Part shown: one piece after another, positions 12,301-23,579 of the stretch
How the letters are laid out: every line of letters begins with the position of its first letter
Position numbering within the stretch: position 1 is the stretch's first letter
Assembly: GCA_046563655.1 (NCBI GenBank)
Contig: CM102284.1
Span: forward strand, 8,246,001 to 8,310,000
DNA length: 64,000 nt
Origin: Yuukianura sp. NJ FZ-2021
Taxonomy: Eukaryota
Reading direction: 5' to 3'
Notes under the pieces: model-generated
Seen by the model: only the letters and a program-made list of their open reading frames with translations
The model's database searches: none
What the model was told of the DNA's origin: nothing
Made by a program: the position numbers and the translations under genes

Positions 12301-15300
12301 AGACTTCTATAGTCTATGTTGGGATTAGGTTAGACTAAAATTCTATAGACTTCTATAGTCTATGTTGGGATTAGGTTAGGTTTTAGTTAGGATGTAGTGT
12401 TCTAGTGACTCCCACTCAATCGTAGTCCATGTAATGCACATGTAGTTGTTACATGGTGTACATTTACTGGAGGAAGTAACTGATGGTGACGCTTTGGATG
12501 GCAGAGGAACCTTGCTGTGCCAATCCTTAGGCCCTTCGAAGCGTGAGTAATGGCATTTGGCACTACGGAGGACAGTGTGCGCCGAAAACTTTCTCTACCC
12601 AGAACAGTGTGTGCCGGTACTTTCTCCAGCAAAAGGTATCCAGGACAGGGATGGCAATCCCGCGCGGGTTTCACGAAAACCGCGGAAAGATTCCATCTTT
12701 CCGAAAGATTCGCGAAAGATTCGTAAAAAAAACTATGCACTACAACGTCAATGTAAATTATGACTAGGAAGAGAGTTTGCGAGCGGTATTTTACTAGTTA
12801 GGTGATCTTCTGGCTCAAACTTATCCCAAATGGGATCCTGTCGCCGTAGAATTGTCAGTTGCTAATTAGCAAATTAGTTCAAATTCCTTGAATCTAAAAA
12901 GAAAGGCTTGAAAACTTAGTCTGCTTTAAGTAAAGGGGATGCAAAACGTTAAAAAGTAGTATTTGTCGACTCTTCATTTGATTTAAATTTGCTCGTGTGA
13001 TCTACCAAACCAACAAACCGTGAAAATTTTGACTTGAATCCCGCATGCGCGGGATTCGTTTCGTGAATCTTTCGTGAATCTTTCGCGAATCTTTCGGAAC
13101 GAATCTTTCCTGTTGCCATCCCTGATCCAGGAAGCTCCATAACGATTGAGCAGAGCTCAGGAAAACCCAAAATATTGCACATTCTCAAAAAATAAGCTAA
13201 AGAAGAAAAAGTAAGCTAAAGAAGCAAAAACTAACGTAAAAAAACTTTGGAGCCTCCATCATCAACAACTCGCTTTCCTAAGCTCCCGTTGGCACAAAAA
13301 TCCAGCCAGATCATTCTGGATCAATAACTTTCTCTTTTCCGAAAAGGTTGCACAGCAAAACCACATTTCAGTTTTCCCTCGACGGCAATTTGTAAACCCA
13401 ATTTTCAAAATTTTGTCAACCAACAACGTTTTTGAAAACTCAAAACACGGATTTTATCTTGCAAGTCAGAAAAGGCTTTTAATTATTCACAAGGACAGAA
13501 ACAGGAGAGCAAATTAAACTAAAACCAGAAAAATTCAAAGTTCAAAATTTTTTAAATTCTCTCCACTGAAAATCTTCGGTCGTCTCAAAATTTCGAAACA
13601 GGAGTTACAGTGGCTGTAACTTTTTTCAAGGTGATTGACCTTGTCGTAAAAAATGAACTCAGAGTTAAGTCTCACTTGACCCAGAGCGGGAACATTTCAA
13701 AAAATGAAAAAGTGAGTTCCCGGAAAAGAGAAAGTTCTATGATCACTTTGACCTGCTTTGGCTCAGAATTGAATTGCGGCTTCTTTTTCTCTCTTTCTAA
13801 ACGGAGGAGTTGTTGAAAGCGAAAAGAGAGAATTTGGCGAAGAGGATAATGTGGTGGGCTCGTTGAGTAGAGTTGCGAGTTCAAATCCACCCAGCCTCAA
13901 ATCATTTCAAGCATCTAGCAACATGAAGCTTTGTTCTAAATTGGCTCCCGCTGTTCCTCTCTCTCCGCCCAGCAAACTATTTTCTTCTGACATCCGAATT
14001 CTACTTTCTCCAGCTTTCACTAACAAAACTAACCTTAACCTAACGAAACTAACAGAAAAACATGACTTTAAGCTATCAAATGTGTAACTTCTAATGAAAA
14101 TAAATATTGACCTTTGACCTGACATGGTGATTACCCTAGCCAAACTTTAACTAATGCTAGACTATCATGAAAGTAGGACTCTGAGGCCAGTTTAATTTGA
14201 TTGACTAATCGTGTAACGACGAGAAATGGGAGAAAGTGGTCTCTTGACGAGCGTTTTTGCGTTAGAGGAACCCAGGGGTTAATCAAAGAATTAAATTAGG
14301 TTGGCATGAATCTATGTTAGGTTAGGCTTTTGTTAAACTAGAGTTATAGCGTCTGAGTTAGAAGAATTAATGTTCCTCGAGCCTCTGTCAAGTCGCTTTG
14401 TAATGGATTAGAGTCATTTCCTCTGCAGAGTCGGAGAAAGTACAGAGGAAGGACCAGCTATTAGTCAAACTCTGCACAAATCCAATAAAACATAAATGCA
14501 AAAGTGCAAACTTTTTATATCCAATTACACTTCTCTAAAAAGGAAAGTTTTTTGTCTTCCTTTTTCAAAATTTCAATTTGACAAATAATTCGTCTTCCCA
14601 ATGGGGACTGAACGATCTTCGGAAACTCCTGCTTTCTGTAATCTCTTTGCCAAGGAAAAACTAAACCTCGCAACTCACCAATCCTGCTTCTATGCTTCCA
14701 AAAACTTTTCATCATCTTTCTCCTCCGCAAAAGATTTTGGCAAGGAAGAGTTTTGGCGGCGGGTTCAAAATCCTACTCACCTCTCCCGGGAAAAGTAAAA
14801 ATCGGAGCAAAAGTTGCGGAAGATCCAGCGAGAGATAAAGAGTGCAGGGAGGCTACGCTGTCAATAAGTTTGCGGAAAACACAGAACTTATGTCTGAGAA
14901 TTCAGAGGAATAGGATAGGTTTGAGAAAAATGATGGTGGTTTGGCCTTTTCTCTTTCCGCAGTCCAAGCAATAAATCAAAACGGAAAAAGAGAAAGTCCT
15001 ACAGAAAGGTGACCAACGCTCACCTCTGCATCTACGCTTACAAATCAATTTTTAGTCTTTCGCTCCATTTTTAGTATTTTAGTCCATTTTTTTTAGTCCA
15101 TTTTTTAGTCTTTTCATTCCACTTTTTAGTCTTTCGGTCCATTTTTGGTCTGTTAGTCTCACTTTTTAGCCCAACAGTCTGCTAAAAACTACAAACTCTA
15201 AAAAAAAAGGTTTCTACTATTTTTTTAATAGTTTTTTTTAATGTTATAAAATTTTGAAAAAGTGCTTTTCCTTTGTGCGAAATTTTTAAACACTTCCGGC

Positions 15301-18300
15301 ATTTCATTTGAGCTTTTTGCCCGTTTCCTCGCACCGTAGCACTTTCTCTGCCTTTCGCCTAAGTGAAAGCTCCCCCATGGAGACTATAGCTCATCCTAAA
15401 TTGTAATTCATTACATTTTAATTAGGATTTAAATATTTAAGTTTTCATTGTAAGCAAGTTGAAGTGCCAAAATGAACAATAACCAAAACAAATGGAACTC
15501 AACATACAAAAACAGCTCCTCATTTTACTTTCTCCTGAGGGGACGCACTAACCACTAAAACCTATGTCTTTCAAATCCTGTTTTGGCGGATTTTAGTGGA
15601 AAAACAGAACGTGTGGTGCAGAAACTGCGAATTCTGGTGCAGAAATGTTGAATTCTGGTGCAGAAACTGCGAATTCTGGTGCAGAAATCAGAATGGATGG
15701 TGGTATAGCAGATTCAGATTGTGTTGAAACACTAAATATTTGAATGGTAGCAATTAAACAGAGTCTGTTTTTCCAGTTTATGTTAGACTTCCCTTGGTTT
15801 CCTGGAGAGAGGAAATGAGGAAATGGGTGTGGAAAGGGAGGAAAGTAAACAAAATTAGCATGGAACGAGTGCTGGGTTTGGTCTCGGATGTTTAATCCAA
15901 ACCCCCAATGGAAATTACTGTCATTTAAATTTCCTTCCGGTGTCTCTGGGACTCGAACCCACAACCACCACAACCATTTCCATACACTCTAGCCAATACG
16001 CCACCACCAAACACCATTTACAGAAATAATGAAAAAACGATAGTGAACAAAAAAAATATTGGAGTTCCCGGGTTCACCAAAGAGTTAACTGTACATTGAT
16101 TTTCTCGAAGGAATTATTTCAAATATTTTAATTATTAATTATTATTTAATTATTTTAATTATTATTTAATTTAAATTAATTTAGACAAACTCACCCCGAG
16201 GGAAAGGCCGCCAGCGACTCCGAGTCGGTTTCCTACGAGGTCAAGAAGGCTTTGTTTGGAGACGGATCGTGCCGTTCGACTACTGGACAGAGACCCACGA
16301 TGAGCCCCACGTCCACTGGAAATGAAGGTGGGGCCAGTCCCACCTCCCCCGAACCCACCTTCACTGATATTCACTACACTTAGGCCAGCGGCTCCACCGG
16401 AACCTGCAAAAGTCAAAGTGAAAATTACGGAAGTGAAAGCAATTTGCAAATTCGAAAAAATTGTACCAATTAATTTTAAATCAAGGTTCACCTCAGTTTA
16501 CTTACAATTTGTGTAAATTTCAAAAACGGAAAAGAATATTTTGGAATTGACTTTTTCAAAATTTTGAACAAAAACTTTTCGAAATTCGTCACAACGTACC
16601 TGGAATTGGACTTCCACTAGTCGTAGGTTGAGTTTGAGTTTGAAATCGTTCTGAGGCAGCCGTTGTGATATTGCTTCCTTGTCCCACTCGACTTCCAGCA
16701 CTTGTGATAATACCTGCAAAAAAAGTTGCCAAAAATGCAAACATTTTCGCAAAATTTTTAAAGTGAGAATTCATTTTTGCCAAAACCGCAAAAATTAAGT
16801 CATCAAAAATTGCTGCTCATCAGTTGCAATTTTATAAGAATCATCGGAGCTTGTCACTAAAAATTTGTTTTTGCCTCAAAGTTTAGTTTTTTTTAGGATT
16901 GAGAAAAAACGAAACCAAAAAATAACACAACCCCAATCCTATTGAACTTTCACTTTGTTGGAATGTGGAGCACGTAAATGGAAATGAGTAGAATTTTGTG
17001 CTACCTGTCTGGAGGACTTACGTTGAAGGGACCCTAGGAGCCCTTAGGACAAAGAAATCTCTCCAACTAAAGAAAAAAGTTTTCTTTTTAAACTTTGTGC
17101 ACATTCCAATGCTAGTCTCTCCGTATGTTCAGAAAGAACTTTTCAACCTCCCGCTTTCACTCTGGCTTTCCAATTTGCATAAGTCAATAAGTTCTTGCTT
17201 TCTCGCCAAGATTTCCAAACTTAAAATCCAGCGCCAAAAACTCTCTTCCCGGATCATGCTCCAGCACAGGAGAGTTAAAAAAAAGTTCGCATTTTCACCG
17301 ATCTTTTTCACTTTTAGTGAAAAAACGTTTTTACTTTTTTCCCGTGCCGACACTTCAAAACTTTTTGTCGACCTTTCTCTTTTTTTAGTTAACTTTTCTT
17401 GCACTTCATAAATCAACTCATTACGATCAGCGTCGTCTCTCTAACCCTTAGACTTTGGAAAGTGAAGTGGAGCGAGAGGGCCCTTAAGGGCCCATTTCCT
17501 CTTTGCAGAAAGCAGTAAAAGAAGCGGGAAAGTGAGAAAATGATTTGGGAGAAGAGAGTTACTTTGGCGGGAGACAAGGTGGAAGATGATGACGAAGAAA
17601 GTCATAAATCAATATCCAAAATCCATGGGATTTAGATATGGTAATTTCACAATCTCAAACATTGAGCCAAAAAACCCAAACTCTTTCTCTAAAATAACTT
17701 CCAGGGGACTAAAACTTGACAGGGGAGCCTTAAAGTCTTAGGGTCGTATGCTTAATGCCAAAGTCAAAGTAAGGTTTGACCACGGTTCACCTACCCAGGG
17801 CTTGACCTTAACCGCCAGGTCACAGTAAGTTTCATATTTTTAATGAAAAAGTGAACCGAGGCTAGCTAACCTGACGGTCAAGGTAAAGTTAACCGAGAGT
17901 TACGATTTCACTTGTCACATTTTTCTCAACCTTGTCACATAGCAGAAGTGGACACGAAATATGACAAGTAGAATTATAACCCTCGGTTAACTTTTACTTT
18001 ACTCTGACCGGAAGGTAAGCTAACCGCGAGTCACTTGTTCTTTACTGACAACAAAACAAATCACATGTTCACATCAGTTCAAGGTATTAGCTTTTTGTTA
18101 GTTTTACCGTAATTAATCGAGCCAATTAACATAGTTACTGATTGGTTGGTAATTACCATTTCATTATATTGTTATTTTGGTTATCTTTCAATTTGCTCAA
18201 CGATACTTTTGTGATTAGTTCACGACGCTGGAGTCGTCTGGAAAGCCGCCTCAAGCGATAAAATGAACTTTCATTAGCCATTAGTTAAGTTTTATAAATA

Positions 18301-21235
18301 AAATAGCTAAAATTTTCAAAAAAGTAATCGCTAACCCTACCCCCTGACCAGGGTTGGATTTTTAACCTCGGGTTAGAGCTCAGTCACCTTACCAGGTGTC
18401 ACATTTTCGATTAAACATACGAAATCCTAACTTTTACTCGAGGGTAAAAGTTGAGTTGACCACGGGTTGAACCATTGGTCAAAGTAACTTGAAAACTGCA
18501 TTAAACATATGAAAACCTTACTTTGACCTCTGAGTCAAGGTAAGGTTACGGTAACTTTGGCATTAAGCATACGACCCTTAAAGGGCTCACTACACTTTGT
18601 CTTTCAGGGCTCAATTTCTTGTTCAAAAACGAATTTTCAAAGAAGTAAAGCTGTAGAATTAAAAAATTTAGTAATTTCCAATCCTCTTGTGTAGATTTAG
18701 TTCCGAACAACAAAAATTTTGCGAAATTAAGTCTCAATTTTGTGGAGAAAGTTAGAGAAAGCAAACAAATATAAATTTTTAAATTTCCTGGTTGAAGTAA
18801 GGATTAACGACCATCATTGTGGCTGCACAATGTTGCCACTACACCATTTTAGTGGCTACAACACATGAGTGAAATCTTAAGTAGCCACTTTAATTTAACA
18901 TTACTCAAAGTGGCAACATAAGTTCTCCACTCAGGTGTAATCACCCAATGTAGCCACTAAAGCGGTAGAGTTGCAACACTGTACTTTTACATACGAGTGA
19001 AATCTTAAGTAGCCACTTTAATTTAACATTAGTCAAAGTGGCAACATAAGGTCTCCACTCAGGTGTTGTCACCAAATGTAGCCACTGAAATGGGGAAGTG
19101 GCAACACTGTTATTTTAAAATAACGGTCCTTAAATCTTACTCCCACCAATTTCCTCATTCTCGAAACTTGTTTAGGGAAAGTTTGTGTGAAAGTTGAAAA
19201 CAAAAAGTAGTAAGTTGTAAATTTTGTATTTTTTGAAAAGTTTGGAATTTGGTAATCCTTTGGATTTGGTGTCCAAGAGGAAACTATTTTTTGATTAGTA
19301 TTGTGAAAAGAGAAAGAAGAAGTCCTTTGGGAAAGTGAAACTTTAATTCCCTTTCTTCTGCCCAACTTTCCTTTGGAGACTAATCGACTAATCCGCCTCT
19401 TCTTCCTTTTGAGAAGCCCAGAAAAGTCTCTTTTTAGAAAACTAGAAAAGTCTTTTTCTACCAGAAAACTAGAAAAGTCCAATTTCAATTCCTTCAAGTT
19501 GTGGAAGGCTCCTTAAAGGTTATTGTTCTGCCTGAACAAAAGGAATGGCCCCTTCAACCTAATTGTCTCACAACTTTCTCCATCACTCCTAAGGCCCCCT
19601 CCCCTTCAAGGGAAGTGCGGAACAACAAAGAGTAGACAGTTCATTATCATCTCTTATGTCAAAGACCGAACTCTCCCGCTTTTTTCGGATTATCCGGAAT
19701 GATTTACGACTAAGTTGATCCTAAACTTAGGTTAGCCTAACGTTAGGCTAAAAACCTAACTTAGGTTAGGCTAACTTTACTTCTAGGCTTCTGCAAATTA
19801 ATTAAGGTTCAATTTCTTGACAGACCAGAAAGCTTTTCGAGAAAGGTTTTTAAAAAAAAAGTGGGCAAATACTGTTAGCGTTGCGATTCCTTTTTGACAT
19901 GAGCAGAGAGACCCATTGACACAAATGACAGTTCTGACAGGAACCATAAATTACTAAAAGTCTACTGTGACTAAGGCTCCACGGTGGGGCACAGGACCCA
20001 CCCCGCCCCACCATGCTCCCCTTGATCACTCATCCATCATCATTGTGGATGGAGTACGATGATACTTCAGCCTAACTGGAACTGAACACGCAAAGGACTA
20101 AAGTTAAGAGTAAACAAATGTTATGCCTAAGATGGACAGCCAAAACTACTAAAGAAAACTGGAGAAAATTATTGCGACTGGAGAAAGTTAGAACGTGTAA
20201 TTTAAAAACTCCCGCTCCAAAAGTGGTTGTAAATGGACAGAGGTGGTAATGTTCTGAACAGAAACAGACGTCAATTTCCACGCCCCCTCACGGCGTTCCG
20301 GCAGTGGGTGGCGTTGTGCGTGATGAGCAGCAATCCTGACCTTTCAAACCACTCCTGACCCTAGAAAACACCGCTGACCACAGAAAAAAACTTTGATAAG
20401 CTGTGAAAACACTACTGACCCTATAGAAAACTTTGCTGACCCTAGAAAACACTTTGATGACATCAGAAAAGACTTTGCGGACCCTATAAAACACTATTTT
20501 GACCCTAGAAAACACTTTCCTGACGTAAGAAAACACTTTCCTGATGCTGACCCTAGAAAACATTTCGCTGACCCTGGAAAACACTATTTTGACACTAGAA
20601 TACACTTTGCTGAGATCAGAAAACACTTTGCTGAGATCAGAAAACACTTTGCTGGCCCTAGAAAACACTTTGCTAGCCTCAGAAAACACTCTGCAGAAAA
20701 CACTTTCCTGATGCTGACCCTAGAAAACATTTTGCTGACCCTGGAAAACACTGTTTCGACACTAAAAAAACACTTTGCTGACCCTAGAAAACACTTTGCT
20801 GCGCTCAGGAAACACTTTGCTGACCCTAGAAACCATTTTGCTGACCTGGAAAACACTATTTTAACATTAGACAACAAACACTTTGCTGAGCTAAGAAAAC
20901 ACTTTCCTGACGCTAGAAAACACTTTGCTGGCCTCAGAAAACACTGCTGAGATGACCTTAGAATTACTGCAAAAAGGTGCAAGTTGTTTTTGTCCCTGGG
21001 GAAATCGGTACTTACCAGGAACGAGTCTTGGTCCATTGGATTGGGAGTAATTCGGGGCTTGTCCTCCGCCGTACGTGACCTCCCCGAGGTCAGCGTTGGA
21101 CACAATTGCAATATCCTCCAAGTCATCATCCCTGGAGTTAGGAGTGCCAATGGAGTACTTGACCATGGGACTGCCACGCTCACCACTCCCACTACTCCGT
21201 CCGCCCAAAGTAAAGACTCGGCGTTTACCGGACAT
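349..21235 (-). CDS. Cyclic nucleotide-gated cation channel alpha subunit (arthropod CG42260-like); 3' end continues beyond the left edge of the window
   Basis: Exons with compatible phases: 21235-21016, 16713-16600, 16403-16195, 8244-7897, 7658-7336, 6884-6688, 6607-6476, 1992-1852, 1773-1621, 1380-1243, 1164-997, 877-668, 594-349. The protein has S1-S6 ([21 protein letters not shown]), the pore ([14 protein letters not shown]), the C-linker ([21 protein letters not shown]) and the CNB domain ([20 protein letters not shown]...YFGEISIL...[21 protein letters not shown]). The three N-terminal exons are assigned by splice phase only. Confidence 0.93.
1420..1612. repeat. Low-complexity tandem repeat of (TAATTTCGCTAGTTT)-like units
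   Basis: Many degenerate copies of AATTTCGCTAGTT or AATTTCTTTAGTT within a CNG intron. Confidence 0.75.
6937..7311. mobile_element. hAT-like MITE in a CNG intron
   Basis: TIRs CAGGGATGTCAAAAATAT / ATATTTTTGACAAGCCTG. Flanking 8-mers GTGATGAC and GTTATGAC form a TSD with one mismatch. Confidence 0.75.
7691..7761 (-). pseudogene. tRNA-like element (tRNA pseudogene or SINE head)
   Basis: Minus strand shows an A-box/D arm GCTC-aagggtta-GAGT, an anticodon-like arm GCTTC-ccggaga-GAAGC, a T arm containing GGTTCGAATC and a downstream T-run. The acceptor stem is partly mismatched and U33 is absent. Confidence 0.7.
8268..8380. repeat. ~29-bp tandem repeat TTTCAAGTTTTTAGCGAAAAGTTTCACTG, about 4 copies
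   Basis: Direct tandem copies are visible next to a CNG exon acceptor. Confidence 0.9.
10942..11943. mobile_element. Foldback/Mutator-like non-autonomous element with long modular inverted arms
   Basis: Inverted arms of ~300-400 bp are built from 15-16 bp AAAAGTGAAATGGCC subrepeats. A perfect 9-bp TSD TTTCCTTCC lies at 10933-10941 and 11944-11952. Confidence 0.85.
12646..13124. mobile_element. hAT-family MITE
   Basis: TIRs CAGGGATGGCAA / TTGCCATCCCTG, a perfect 8-bp TSD ATCCAGGA (12638-12645, 13125-13132) and subterminal GAAAGATTC repeats in inverted orientation. Confidence 0.9.
15612..15690. repeat. 21-bp tandem repeat TGGTGCAGAAACTGCGAATTC, about 4 copies
   Basis: Visible direct repeats that produce the SAPEF repeats in ORF 15593..15973. 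Confidence 0.85.
15939..16015 (-). pseudogene. Degenerate tRNA-derived element (SINE head-like)
   Basis: A-box-like TGGCGTATTGG, B-box/T arm TGGG-TTCGAGT-CCCA and a 7-bp acceptor-like pairing GGTGTTT/AGACACC. There is no anticodon stem. Confidence 0.55.
17741..18577. mobile_element. PIF/Harbinger (Tourist-like) MITE
   Basis: Perfect TIRs GGGTCGTATGCTTAATGCCAAAGT / ACTTTGGCATTAAGCATACGACCC, flanked by TTA on both sides (3-bp TSD). Confidence 0.88.
18790..19147. mobile_element. Degenerate MITE of the same family as 50253-50889 (GG termini, 8-bp TSD)
   Basis: The left end GGTTGAAGTAAGGATTAACGACCATCATTGTGGC resembles the TIR at 50253. TSD AATTTCCT lies at 18782-18789 and 19148-19155. There is an internal ~130-bp tandem duplication. 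Confidence 0.75.
20350..20952. repeat. 21-bp minisatellite (GACCCTAGAAAACACTTTGCT)n in the first coding intron of the CNG gene
   Basis: More than 25 degenerate copies; these explain the repetitive ORFs 20288..20689 and 20393..20950. Confidence 0.92.
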
Positions 21236-22675
21236 AACACAAGTACCGTCACTCCACCACTGCTCACACTCCGGTCGTCAACACTGCGCACCACTCGTCA
21301 TGGTGGGCCAGTCAACGTCGGTCTTACCTGTCGCAGAATTAACAAAATCATGAGACCATTCCTTGTCAACAGTCCGAGGTCACAAGGTCACTGTCACATT
21401 CTACACGTTCAAACCATTCCACACGCCTAAACTCTCAAAATTTTGAGATTTTCCAAGGTCACGCCGGGGAGATCCGAAAACTTTCCGAACTTTTTAGCGC
21501 CGACAATCCATTCCGATGCGGCTGGAATTTGCGAAATCCGAAGTCAAAATTTTTCGATTTTTTCCCCAAAAAATCGGTTTTTCGTTCACACTGCTTTGGA
21601 TTGGCAGCTGTTCTAAAAGTGTAATTTTTGTGACGTTTTTGTCTTAGCTGACCGAGGTTACAAGAGGTCACTACCAAGAACTAACTAAAACTATGTCAAA
21701 AGGTCAACAAGATTCTGAAAATGTCACTGGTCACACTTATTTGCTGTCATCATGTCTTGACTGTTTACACTTTTTAATGTTACACTTTGACTGTTTACAA
21801 ACTTTGTAAATTGGATAACATTTGAAATTGAATTTGTTTGAGTGTCACTGGGAAGGAGGTCGTCGGTTCGTTAAACCGTCAAAACGCAGCCCGTCGTATC
21901 CAAACTGGAAAGTTGAACTGACTTTGTCGGTAACTTTCACTCAAAAAAAGAAATGCTGGTGGAAGTGGTTGCTGTTCGTAGTAAAGTAGTGGTTGGTTGG
22001 ATATCTTTTGAGGAGGCTCCTGTTTGAACCTAGTCGTTCCCATGCTACACCCAGCGGCTCGTCTACTTTCTTCACCAAATTGGAACAAAGTCTAGTGGAA
22101 GAGCCAGCAGCAGAGCACAAAAATCGATTTATGCGCAAAAGGATGGCACGACGGAGACCAAAAAGTTGGTTCCACCGTGCTAACCTAGGCAAACTGAGCT
22201 GTGTGGTGCTGCTGGTGCAGTAGAGAAAGTACTGGAAGCATCACCAAGTCTCCAGCTTTCCATGTTTATACTCCCCAAATTATTATGGAGATGTTTGCAT
22301 TCAATGAATCTCGTCTTATACGCTGCTCCAGGAAAAAGAATTGGTTATTACCGTAGATTCATCTCAAATCTCTCCTTGGTCCATGAACCAATGAAAAATT
22401 TGCATTCGCACAATCGCCAAAATTGCAAACAAAACATGCCAAATGGACTCATAAATCTGGGAATTCTTTTCTCTTTTTTCCAAATCCAAACCATAAATGA
22501 ATATTTAACGATTTATTGTCTAAACAAACCGAATTTTCAACATAACAAACCGAATTTTCAACATAACACACCGAATTTTTGTTTTTAGGAGAAACGGTGG
22601 ACGTGCTCGGAAGGACTCGGAAGGCTTTGGAAGATCATGTCAATGTCGTCATGATTGTCATTTGTCGCCGTGAAG

Positions 22676-23196
22676 TCAATGTCGCCGGGCCACTCTGATG
22701 GGCGACCGATGTCGTACGGATGGATTGCTAAGTTGCGTTATGATGGAGATGTCGCTGTTGTCGTCTTCTGTCGTTGTTCCTTCAAACCGACGCAGTTGAG
22801 CTGTGAGTCGGAGTTTCTTGGGACAAGTTGACAATGGGCAATCCAGAGCCGACGAACGGCGTTTTCTGCTCACCAAAAATACTGGCAAGGTCATGCGCCG
22901 TTCCTGTTTCAGAAGTTGAACCAATTCACGCTGTTCACGACGTGCTCTGAGTCCTTGACGCCATGCTTTGAGTCTCGATTTGTGCAATTCAAACTGTTTC
23001 CGCTTGAAAGCGCGGGAATTCCGACGTTTGTCAAGGGCCGTCTCACGTTTGGATTTGAGTCGCCCGGAACGTTGACCAACAGCTGAGAAACCAAAAATCA
23101 GAACGTGAAATTTTCAAATTTTTACAAATTTTTGATATTTTGAATAAAATGTTGTCCTAAAAAAGTTGGTTTAACTTAAACTGTCTTACAAATCAT
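22676..23196 (-). CDS. Putative small, highly basic orphan protein (~137 aa)
   Basis: A possible 7-nt exon 23196-23190 (ATGATTT|gtaag) splices in phase to 23082-22676, giving MISVGQRSGRLKSKRETALDKRRNSRAFKRKQFELHKSRLKAWRQGLRARREQR... No homology was recognised. Confidence 0.3.
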
Positions 23197-23579
23197 GTCC
23201 ACACTTCTGGTCAGGTTAATTTCGTCGTTTTTTTATTTTGAATTTTGTCAAAATTTTGAAAAAATGGAAACCACAGTGAGCCAAAGATCAACGTAGCTCC
23301 ACTGCCAACATGCAACTGAGATACGTTTCGAAAAATCTCATAAAATTTTGAAATCTGAACCTTGAATTAGAGTAATCTTATCCTCAGAAAGCTTCTCACA
23401 ATTCATTCAAATTTCAAAAATGAAAAGTCGTAGTTTATTTTCAATTTCATTCAATTCAAAAAAGCTTTTTCCAATTTTTGTATGATAATCTACGACGACT
23501 ACGTTTCTTTTATGATTCATTTTTAAGTGATTTTTTGTTTGTGTAATCTTTTACGCATGGGAAATGAAGTTGTAGAAGC

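Noticed and set aside
12261..12407. Short CACTAGA...TCTAGTG inverted ends around a duplicated CTATAGACTTCTATAGTCTATGTTGGGATTAGG unit
   Set aside because: The TIR is only 7 bp and the flanks do not form a clean TSD, so it is too weak to call as a transposon.
20288..20950. Long repetitive ORFs on both strands (RKHFADP / KVFSRVS heptads); superficially CRISPR-like periodicity
   Set aside because: A 21-bp minisatellite with no unique spacers. The unit length is divisible by three, which keeps frames open. It is intronic, eukaryotic and has no cas genes.
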